Origin: Azolla caroliniana
Taxonomy: Eukaryota; Plantae; Polypodiophyta
Length of the DNA stretch: 64,000 nt
Direction of reading: 5' to 3'
NCBI GenBank assembly: GCA_043228905.1
Contig: JBHGNT010000002.1
Span: 20,708,001-20,772,000 of the forward strand
In this document: positions 27,101 to 38,672 of the stretch, in pieces
How the letters are laid out: every line of letters starts with the position of its first letter
How positions within the stretch are numbered: position 1 is the stretch's first letter
The notes under the pieces: generated by a model
What the model was told of the DNA's origin: nothing
The model's database searches: none
The model's input: the letters and a program-made list of their open reading frames with translations, nothing else
Made by a program: the position numbers and the translations under genes

Positions 27101-27678
27101 CAACTCACTAGTAGTGTCAGATGCTACATTCACTTCTTCCCGGCATATCCGGGCATTCATCAAGTATAATGTGTTGACCTTCCGGGATCAAGCCACTATT
27201 AGGCTCCCTTGGCAGAACTTCATGACTTCGTGTAGCCTTCATCATTTGCCGACCGGCTGATATGAGGTTCAGTCGAACCTTCGGAACGTTTCAGACATCC
27301 TTCAACAACAACTTGCATCCGATTGATGTCGTCAACAACACATCTCCTATGCCGATAATTCGGCATGTACCTTCATTCCCCATCCAGACACAACCATGAT
27401 CACTGGCTGTGTAGGATTAGAAGCATTTTTGATCCAGTGTTAGGTGGGACAACGCTCCGGAATCGATAACCCACCTTGTCTCGTCTCCGACAAGGTTTAA
27501 CTCACTCTCCTCGGTAATGAGTATCAGTTCCTCTTCACTTGTCGCAATTGCCGACGTTCCTTTCTGATCCGGGCCTCTCTGGTCCGAACCGTTTCGGTCC
27601 GAACTCTTCTTCGAATTGGTGGTGCCGGTTTCTTTCTCTTTCCGAAAATGCTGACAATTCTTCTAGAAGTGCCCCGGC

Positions 27679-28429
27679 CATAGTATGAACCATATGTACC
27701 ATTTGTGCATTTGTGTTCGAGAATGATTCAATCATTCGAGAATGATAAACACCGTTGAAGAATGATAAATACCATACTTTTGGATAAATGAATTACTATA
27801 AGGTAAATATTTTTCACGGTAAAAAAAATTTTAAAATTTCAAAAAAAAAAACACATTACCTTCTTAATAACAATATGCTTTTTTTCGTAAATCTATTTAT
27901 TGTAAATTTTGTACTACATAGCTTAGTATGTGTGTATAAACATTACATGAATTACTTCAAAATGATAGAAATTATAGACAAATTAAAGCAATTACAAGCT
28001 TTATAGAATAATTACAGAAATTATAGAATAATTTCATTATAGAAATTTCAGAAATTTCATTATAGAAATTTCATTTCAGAAATCTTAGAAATTTCAATAC
28101 AGAAATCTTAGAAATTTCATTACAGAAATTTCATCAAAGAAATTTCATTACAGAACTTTAAACCCTATTATTAACCCTAAATATACTTGAATCTTGTTGG
28201 TAAGCAGATCATTCGAGACTAGGTGGGAGAGGAGAGGAGAGCGTAACGTTACGTTGATGTGCAGAGAAAAAGGGGGAAAAGGGGGAAAAAGAGGGAAAAA
28301 AGAAAAAAAAAGAAAAAAAAAGAAAAAAAAGAAAAAAAAACACACGAATATTTGAATATCATTCGTGTTCATTTTCCAACGTAGGAAAATGAATGATATG
28401 GTAGATGAACACGAATTTTACGTACTATG
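27679..28429. mobile_element. Non-autonomous hAT-type element inserted in the zinc knuckle of copia A
   Basis: TIR CATAGTATG / CGTACTATG and exact 8-bp TSD GCCCCGGC. AT-rich interior with AGAAATTTCATT repeats. Confidence 0.85.
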
Positions 28430-28904
28430 GCCCCGGCTTCCCACAATAGAAGCAAGTAGGCCTCCCCGACTTGTCCCGGTTTTGGGGACTCTGATACCGG
28501 CCTCTTCCTCGGTTGTGGTCATCTTCCGTGACCAAGGCCTTTGGATCGGTTCTGGTCTCCCAGTCCTTTTGGCAAGCTTCTTCATCTAGCCAGCTTGATT
28601 TTACCCTTGCTAGGGACAACTGTTTTCCTTCCGGCCTGGCGTTGCCCAACATGACAACTAACGTCTCCCAGCTATCCGGGAGGGAACCGAGCAGAAGCAA
28701 TGCGAGTACCTCATCAACAAGAGGTACTTCCAACGAGGTTGCCTGGTGGATCAATCCTTGGAAGGCATTCATGTGCTCCGACATATTGGAGCCGTCCTGG
28801 TACTAGAGCCTCACTAGCTTCCGAAATACCAAAACCCGATTGATAACATTCTTGTTCTGGAACATGATGCCGATCTTCTCCCAGAGTTCATGAGCCTTGC
28901 TCTT

Positions 28905-31900
28905 TGTTAGGAAATCGGTCTCTTCGGATGGGATCTGGTGATGAATAAAGAGAACCCGGTGAGAACTGGAAGAGATCCGGAAACGGGAGAAGACTCGATG
29001 AGAATCGGAAGAGATTCAGAAACTGGATCGGTGGACCCGGTGAGAACTGGAAGAGAAGACAGATTTGTAAATATGTCTTGAATAAGCCCATTGAGGCTAT
29101 ATTTGTAAATAGCCCTCAATTCATATAGCTATAAATATGACTTAGGGCAATCACTTTGTTGTGTGATTGTGTTGTTGTCATATTACTGTAACTGTTGTAC
29201 AAACGGAGAGGGAGAAAGAGAGAGAGAGAGAGATATAGAGTGATACTCTGTTGTAACCGCCACTGTGCGAAGAAACAGAGCTCAAGGTCGTTTCCTCTGA
29301 GTCTCTGATTGTACCCCTTCTCTTCATAGTGATAGTTCGGAGTCTGTGGGCTCTCGTGGTTTTTCCCTATTACACGTAAACATCCTGTGTCATTTTCTTG
29401 TGTACTCCCCACTTCGCATTTTTGTGTTTGATTCTTATAGATGTGATTTACTACTCGGTTGTGGCCGTGCGATATTCCGTGCATTTCTCTTCAAACTGGT
29501 ATCAGAGTGAACAACACAGAAGATGAAAGAATCTTACGGTGGCATGTTCAAGCTCACCGGCTCCAACTACTCAATGTGGAAGTCGAAGATGAGGGACATG
29601 TTGGTGGTTAAAGATCTTTGGTTGCCGGTTTAGTTCGGGGACAAGAGACCGGAGAAGATCGACACCACGGTGTGGGAGGTGATGCACATGAAGACGACGG
29701 CATACATCCGGTGCTTCATCGACATGAGCCTGTACAACAACTTCAATGAAGAGAGCAAGGCCCATGAACTCTGGGAGAAGATCGACATCATGTTCCAAAG
29801 AAGAAGAATGCCGTTAATTGGGTTTCGGAAGCTAGTGAGGCTATGGTACCAAGACGGCTCCAGTATGACGGAGCACATGAATGCCTTCTAGGGGCTGATA
29901 CACCAAGCAACCTCATTGGAAGTACCTCTTGCCGATGAGGTACTTGCTCTACTCCTGGTCGGTTCCCTCCTAGATAGTTGGGAGACGTTAGTTGTCACGT
30001 TGGGCAATGTCGGGCCGGAAGTAAAACAACTATCCCTAGCAAGAGTCAAGTCGAGCTTGCTAGATGAGGAGGCGCGTCGGAAAGACAAGGAGGTGATCTT
30101 CGACGCCAAAGCCCTCCATACCGAATCGGAACGTGGAAGACAAAGGAATCGGAGTCCCCAGAACTGGGAAAAGTTGGGGACACGGTCAAAGTCAAGGGGG
30201 AGGCCCACTTGCTTCTATTGCGGCAAGCTGAGGCACTTCCAAAAGAACTGTCGGCATTTCCGGAAAGACGAGGGAACCGACAGTACTGATTCGAAGAAGT
30301 CACCGGACCAAAATGGTTCGGATTGGCGAGGCACGGACCGGAAGGGAACGACGACGATCACGGCAAGTGAAGAAGAACTAATGCTCATCACCGAGGAGAG
30401 TGAGTTGAACCTTGCCTTCGATGAGACAACGTGGGTTGTCAATTCCGGAGTCTCATTCCATCTTACCCCGGACCAGAAATGCTTCTCATCCTACATAGCC
30501 GGTAAGCACGGCTGTGTCCAGATGGGGAATGAAGGGACATGCCGAATTATCGTCATAGGAGATGTGCTATTGAAGACATCAATCGGATGCAAGTCGCTGC
30601 TGAAGGATGTCCGACATGTTCCAGAGGTTCGACTGAACCTGATATCCGCCGGTCGGCTAGATGATGAAGGCTACATAGGTAGCATCCGGAACGGTGTCAT
30701 GAAGTTCTGCAAAGGGAGCTTAATAGTGGCTCGAGCCCAGAAGGTCAACACACTATACTTGATGAATGCCCGGATATGCCGGGAAGAAGTGAACGTAGCA
30801 TCCGATACTGCCAGTGAGCTGTGGCACAAAAGACTGTGTCACATGAGTGAGAAGGGGATGAAGAGGCTTGCCAAAGACAACCTCATTCCGGTGAAGGATG
30901 TGCAACATGAGAAGTGCACCGACTGCATGGCCGGCAAGCAAAACCGCACCACCTTCCGGTCAAGACCACCGATGAGACGGAATGCACCGCTGGAGTTGGT
31001 GCATACCGATGTGTGTCAAGTAGACACGAAGTCACATGCTGGATCGCAGTACTTCGTGACGTTCATAGATGACCATAGTCGGAAGCTTGTGGGTCTCACC
31101 GTTGAAGACGAATGATCAAGTGTTATCCGTCTTCAAGGGGCTCCACGCGAGAGTGGAAAGAGAAACTGGCCGGAAGCTGAAAGCGGTTCGAGCAGATAAC
31201 AAAGGAGAATACCGGGGGTAGTTTGAGGAGTACTGCCGGTCAAAGGGAATCCGGCTCGAATTCATCGTGCCGAACGGATGAACCGGACCATAATGGAGAG
31301 AATTCGAAGCATGCTCGCACATGCCAAGCTACCCAAGACGTTTTGGGCTGAGGCGCTGACGATGGCGACCTATGTGATAAACAGATCACCCTCAGTACCC
31401 TTGGACGGAGACTCACCGCAGAATGTATGGACCGGTAAGGATGTGCCTTACCAACACCTGAAGGTGTTCAAGTGTCTCGCATACGTGCATGTGGTGAAGG
31501 ACAAGAGAGCAAAGTTGGATCTGAAGTCCCGACCATGCATATTCCCTGGATACGGCGATGATGAATTTGGTTACCGAGTGTGGGATCTGGTTGACAGAAC
31601 GGTGTTTTGGAGTCGGGACATAGTCTTCATGGAAGACAAGACCATTGCCGACTGGGAGTCGGAGAAGAAGGTAACAAACTCTGGATCATCCATTGAAAAC
31701 TGGATGTTAGCCGGTAATCGGATGACACTCGACGAACTGACCGGATATGGACAGGAAACCGAACCGACCAAAGAAGAAGAAGAAGAAGAAGAAGACACCG
31801 GAACCGGACAAGATCCCGAATTGGATTCGGATGAGGAACAAATGGAGGAACCGGTAGTCAAAAACCAACGACGAAGATATCCTCTCTGGGAGAGAAGAGC

Positions 31901-34066
31901 CCCTCGAAGATTTCCGGATGCAGAGCATGTGTTGCTAACCGATGAGGGGGAGCCGGAAAGCTTTGAAGAAGCAAGGGGAGACCCACAACCACAAGTGGTT
32001 GAGTGCCATGCAGGATGAGATGGATTCCCTGCATGAGAACCACACATACAAATTGGTGGAGTTGCCGAAATGAAAGAGGGCACTCCGGAACAAGTGGGTG
32101 TACAAGCTGAAACCGGGAGACGCCGGAAATCCATCAAGGTATAAGACCCGAATCGTGGTGAAGGGCTTCCAGTAGAAGAAAGGAGTGGACTGGATGAGAT
32201 CTTTGCCCCGATAGTAAAGATGACATCCATCTGGACGGTATTGGGTGTAGCGGCAACCATGGACCTCAAGGTAGTGCAAATGGACGTCAAGACAGCATTC
32301 CTACACGGAGACCTCGAAGAAGAGATCTACATGCATCAACCGGAAGGATTTGAGAAGAAAGGGAATGAGCACTTAGTGTGCTGGCTGAAGAAGAGCTTAT
32401 ACGGACTGAAGCAAGCTCCCCGGCAATGGTACCAGAAGTTTGACTCCTTCATGACCGATCAAGGGTATCACAAGACGCAGGCCGATCACTACGTGTTTGT
32501 GAAGAAATTTGATGGAGGTGATTTCCTCATATTGCTCCTGTACGTGGACAACATGTTGATTGTCGGACGAGACCAAGTCAAGATACGGATGCTGAAGAAG
32601 GCCCTTAACTAGACCTTCTCAATGAAAGACTTGGGTTCGGCAAGACAAATACTGGGGATGCACATCATCTGGGACCGGTCGAAGAAGTAATTGTGGCTGT
32701 CACAAGAAAAGTATGTGACAAAGGTGCTTCAGCGGTTTAACATGTTAGAAGCAAAACCGGTCATATCGACACTCCCGGAAAACTGCAGATGATCAGGTAA
32801 GAAAAGCCCGAAGACAAAGGCAGAGAAGGTGGATACGATGAAGATTCCATATGCCTTTACGGTCAGGAGTTTGATGTACGCAATGGTGTGTACTCAACCA
32901 GATATTGGATATGCAGTCGGAGTGGTGAGTCGGTTCATTACCAACCCCGGAAAAGAGCATTGGAATGTGGTAAAATGGATACTCTAGTACTTGAAGGGCA
33001 CTTCGAGTAAGTTCCTCTGATACAGCTCTGGTAAACCCCTCATGGAAGGCTTTACCGATTCGGATATGTCGGCTGATGTGGACACTAGCCGGTCAACTTC
33101 CGGATATGTCATGACCTATGCAAGGGGAGCCGTCTCGTGGTTGTCGAGGCTGCAGAAGACGGTTGCATTGTCAACCATAGAGGCAGAGTACATGGCAGCT
33201 GTGGAAGCCGGCAAGGAAATATTATGGATGAAGGACTTCATCGGAGAGCTAGGGATCCGGCACGAGGAATACTGGCTCTACTACGACAGTCAAAGTGCCA
33301 TTCACCTTGCAAAGAACGCGGCATACCATTCCAAAACGAAGCACATCCAGCGCAGGTACCACTGGATCCGGGAGCGAGTTGAAGATCGAGAGTTCTTGCT
33401 GAGGAAGATCCGCACAGAGGAGAATGGGTCGGATATGCTAACCAAGGTGCTAACACCCGACAAGCCGGACGCATGCTGGTAGTGGATTGGACTTACAAGA
33501 CATCCCATACCGGAGTGAAGGGGGAGATTGTTGGGAAATCGGTCTCTCCGAATGGGATCCGGTGATGAATAAAGAGAATTGGTGAGAATTGGAAGAGATC
33601 TGGAAACCGGAGAAGACCCGGTGAGAACCGGAAGAGAAGACGTATTTGTAAATATGTCTTGAATAAGCCCATTGAGGCTATATTTGTAAATAGCCCTAGG
33701 TTCATATAGCTATAAATATGACTTAGGGCAATCACTTTGTTGTGTGATTGTGTTGTTGTCATATTGCTATAATTGTTGTACAGAGAGAGAGAGAGAGATA
33801 CAGAGCGATAGTCTGTTGTAACCACCACTGTGCGAAGAAACAGAGCTCGAGGTCGTTGCCTCCGAGTCTTTGATTGTACCCCTTCTCTTCGTAGTGATAG
33901 TTCAGAGTCTGTGGGCTCTCGTGGTTTTTCCCTATTAGGGTTTTCCACGTAAACATCCTGTGTCATTTTCTTGTGTACTCCCCACTTCGCATTTTTGTGT
34001 TTGATTCTTATAGATGTGATTTACTACTCGGTTGTGGCTGAGCGATATTCCGTGCATTTCTCTTCA
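28905..34066 (+). mobile_element. Ty1/copia element B (same family as A), full-length but degenerate, nested in the gag of A in opposite orientation
   Basis: LTRs 28905-29493 and 33529-34066, PBS TGGTATCAGAG at 29497, PPT GAAGGGGGAGAT at 33517-33528, TSD CTCTT / CTCTC. gag-PR-IN-RT-RH fragments at 29523-33518. Confidence 0.95.
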
Positions 34067-37000
34067 CTCTCTTCGTTGAAGTTGTCGTACAGGCTCATGT
34101 CGATGAAACACTAGATGTATGCCGTCGTCTTCATGTGCATCACCTCCCACACTGTGGCGTCGATCTTATCCGGTCTCTTGTCCCCTAATTGAATTGGCAA
34201 CCACAGATCTTTAACCACCAACATATCCCTCATCTTCGACTTCCACACTGAGTAGTTGGAGCCGGTGAGCTTGAACATGCCGCCGAACGATTCTTCCATT
34301 TCTTGTGTTGTTCGCTCTTATACCAGTTTGTTGAGAACAATGTGGAATATAGCTCGCCCACAACCGAGTCTTGAATCACTTCAAAAGAGAATGAGTCATA
34401 GAAATGGGAAATGGAGAGTACACAAGGAAACACACAGGATGTTTATGTGGAAAACCCTAATAGGGAAAAACCACGGGAGCCCACAGACTCCAAACTATCA
34501 CAATATAAGAAAGGTACAATCAGAGTCTCGGTGGCAATGACCTCGAGCTTTGTATCTTCGCCAACCAACGGTTACAACAGAGTTTCACTCTGTATCTCAC
34601 ACACTCTCTCTTTGTCGCTTACTATACAATAGTTACAACAATATGACAACAACAATACAACACCTAATGTAAAGTGATTGCCCTAAGTCATATTTATACT
34701 TATATGAACTTAGGGTTATTTACAAATATAGCCTCAATAGGCTTACTCAAAAAACATATTTACAGATATGTCTTCTCTTCCGGTTCTCACCGGGTCTCCT
34801 CCGGTTCCAGATTTCTTCAAGTTCTCACAGGGCCCTCTTTATTCATCACCGGATCCCATCCGGAGGGACCGACTTCCCAACAGAGACATCTAGGGGATAT
34901 CTTCCCTAGAGGATATTAAGGACGAGATAAAAAAGGTTAAGGAAGAGGTTAAAAGCGATATGAAATTAGCAAAAACTGGGTGGGTTGATGTAGTAAAACG
35001 TAATATTAAAAATGAACTAAAGGATGAAAATATTGTAAACACTACCCTTGAGGAGGAAAAAATGCGTCAAGCTTGACGCCTAAATGTACGAGTTACTGGG
35101 CTTAAGCAACGGGCATCTCCTGACGAAGATGCACAAACATTAGGGAAAATGTTGGGGTACGAAGCCGTACCAATCACTAAAACTTGGAGGGTAGGATGTG
35201 ACACCACAAGGAAAAGAGCTTTGGTCCTTCAGTTTAAGGACTCAGAATCTAGAATCACATTTTTTAAAAAGAGACCAATTCTTCGAGGATTGGGCGGGAA
35301 CCCTATCTACCTCGATCAAGACCTGACCAAGATGCAAATTGAGCATCGTAAAACGTGTATGCCACGAGTCATACAAGCTCATAAAGAGGGGCATTGTGCT
35401 TTTTACTGAGACGGACGTGTGATAATAAATGATCGCGCCGCCAATTGACGAAGTGTGGCCCATGTGACAGACAATAAACTTAGGATGACTTTATGGAACT
35501 GTAACGGTGCACTTTGGACACACCCTGTCCGTCTAGAGGAGATTCTGAAGGTATCTGACATACTTTTTTTAGTAGAAACACATCAGAGCCCAAATCGAGG
35601 ACTGCCACGAGTTGATGGTTTTCGTTGGGATTCTGTCTTTAGACAAACCTCACGTTGACATACTACTAGAGGGTCTAGAGGGGTTGCGATACTATTTCAG
35701 AGAGAGATACATAATAAGATAGAAATACTAAAGAAAGACCTAGAAGCCTGTTTTATGTGGATTAAAGTCCTCACTAGCAAGGATCAGGCGATATTTATCA
35801 CCGTGTGTTACTTCCCTCCCGAAAGGATTCCGGTATAATATGGCTGGAGAAATGAGTATAGTTGATGAAGGAACACCGCATGGGCCTTCTCCATACGAAC
35901 CTTTATCGGATGACATAATCCGATATTCTTCTTAAGGGGAAGTCTTCCTTGTAGGAGATTTCAATGCGAGGACCCAATCCCAACAATGCACAATATTTCA
36001 AATGGATAGAAACCTCGAAATGGTGAATGTCGACCCTTTAGACTTAGACATAACGCGTACATCAAACGATCAAGGTGCGGACGACACAAGCTTTGGCCAT
36101 CATCTGCTTGAACTTGGAGGCCGACACCAGATGATCATATATAATGGCTTAACCAAGTGGCCGGGCTCGGAAGCGCTCACATGTTTCCCACGTGGAGGAG
36201 GGGAAAGCACAGTTGATTACCTAATAGGACACCCTGAAGCTACCCACATGGTTAACTCCTTCCGGGTGGCCCCATGCCCCATTGGTGCAGACCATAGCTT
36301 CCTATACTTTGACCTAAAATGCGACACCTCCCACGCCACCAACTCTAGTCAACCAAACCATCACACCATAATACATTTCACGCATGAGCTCGTTGACATC
36401 TACTCTCGACATTTTCAAGCCCATTTTTCCTCTTTTGATTCTTCCTTGCCTTTAGAGAACCTCACTATAGAACTCGCACACAACCTTCACTCAGTAGCAA
36501 TTAGTAGCTTCCCATACATGAAACACTCCAATCATAGTAGGGTCTATGCCATAGAACAAGTGGTATGACGAGGATTGTAGAGAGTTGTATAGACAACTTA
36601 AAGTGTCGCGACTTAATGGTACTATTTCCTCAGTACTGGCTCGAAAAGAGATGCGCAAAGTGACATGTCGTAAAAGACGAGCTTGGTAAACATCCCAATA
36701 TTGGGAACTCTACCATATGCTCATGAGTAGGGATTGCACCCTTGCATGGAAGAGACTATGGGAACCGCGACCACAAACACCCATCGAGAATCCCAATATT
36801 TGGTACACATATATCGAGAGACTCTACCATGTCCCGAACCAACCACCCATCCCAATGCCTTCCACACCCTGATCTAACATGGGGACACTTTTCATGACCT
36901 CTAGGGTCACGAAGGTCATAAAAAAATTACAACATAGGAAATCCATGGACCACACAAGATTGCGAGCCAAGCACATCATATATACTCGAGAGTGCCTAGC

Positions 37001-38102
37001 CCCCTTTCTCACTCTACTCTTCAACCGTGCCCTCGCCGAGGGTTTTCCACCACAATGGACCATGAACACAGTGGCCCCTATACATAAAGGAGGGGACCCA
37101 ATGGACCCAAATACATATAGGACCATTATGATAGGTCATATGCTCGCTAAACTATATGTTGCGGTAATGGAAGCAGAGCTCAGCGATTATATGGAAACAT
37201 TAAGTCTTCGAGCACCTGAGCAAGCTAGCTTTAGACGAGCCTTCTCCACTATTGACCATATCTTCACACTTAGGTGCTTAATTGACCAGACGAAGGCTCG
37301 TAAGAAGAAACTATATTGTTGCTTTGTGGACTTCCGCAAAGCCTTTGACACAATTCCTAGGGAGAAGTTGTTTGATAGACTTAAGAAATTGGAGATACCA
37401 AATGACATGATCTGGGCCATTTATGCCCTATATGAGCAAGTCTCTGGGTGCTAAGATGCCCAGATGCCATATACAATTGTTTCACTAGCACCATTGGTGT
37501 AATACAGTGTTGCCCCCTATCACTGACTCTTTTTGGGATCTACATTGATGAGATCACTGATTTTATTGCTCGTAAGGGAGGCAAGAGAGTAACTATTGGG
37601 GATACGCAAGATAGTCTCTTATTCTACGCAGGCGACATTGTCTTGCTCTCATAGTCAGAGCACGACCTACAAAAGCATCTTAATGCCCTAGATGACTTTT
37701 GTACGCAATGAGGACTGGTAGTGAATCTAGCGAAAATTAAAGTCCTTATCTTTCATACATCGTCCCGAGTTAGGAGTAAATGTCACCTAATCCTCTCTCA
37801 TAAACTAGTTGAGGTAGTTGGATCATATGTATACTTCGGAGTCACTTTTAGTGCTCGCTCAGGTAAATGCTCGATGACCTAGGCAACCAAAGATAGGCTA
37901 ACGAGAGGGTCTGCATCCCTCTCACTCTTAGAGTCTAGACAATACCACCAGGCATACTTTCAATAGCCACGTACTAAAAGATGGCTCTTCGACTCATTAG
38001 TAACCCCTTCCCTCATGTATGCATCAGTAGTATGGGCCCTAGGTCTACAATCTTTTATGTGGACGTAATTAGAGAGACCTTTGGTGACGATGTTATCACA
38101 TC

Positions 38103-38672
38103 AAACACACACGGTTTACGTGGATCGTCATCGGCTTCCATCCAGTTTTAACATTGGAGATCGGGTATGGCTACTTCGACGACACATCAAGACTACTCGC
38201 CCATGCCAAAAGTTGGATTATCGGCGATTAGGTCCTTTCCGTATTATTGGAAAGATTAATGATGTCGCTTTTCGTCTCGATCTACCTCCACATATTCGGA
38301 TGCATCCGATGTTTCATAGTTCTCTCCTCAAACCCTATCAAGACAACTCCATCCCAAGTCGTATTAAACAACCTCCACCCCCAATCGAACTTGAAGATGG
38401 ACCTGATTACGAGGTTGCCGCCACCCTCGATTCCAAGATTGTTCGCAACAAGCTCTACTATTTAGTCGATTGGCCAGGATATAGTCCAAATGAGCGTACG
38501 TGGGAACCAATAGATTGGCCAGGATATAGTCCAAATGAGCGTACGTGGGAACCAATAGAGAATGTGACCAATGCTCGTGCTCTTCTTGAAGACTTCCATC
38601 GTCAATATCCAGAAAAACCGGGTCCTCAATCCAAAACGACTCATGACACCCGTCATTTTAAAGGGAAGATAG
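38103..38672 (+). mobile_element. Extra 3' segment of a chromovirus (IN C-terminus, chromodomain, PPT) lying upstream of the first LTR
   Basis: ORF 38081-38683 (GDRVWL, GPFRI, HPMFH, YYLVDW.GY...TWEP) is near-identical to 42970-43492. Confidence 0.9.

Larger units (their letters stand above)
24767..34882 (-). mobile_element. Ty1/copia (Tork/Tnt1-like) element A, degenerate, RT core deleted; hosts two further insertions
   Basis: LTRs 24767-25321 and 34329-34882, TSD GAGAC, PPT at 25322-25334, mutated Meti PBS at 34314-34325. gag, IN and RNaseH fragments in the ORF track. Confidence 0.95.
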
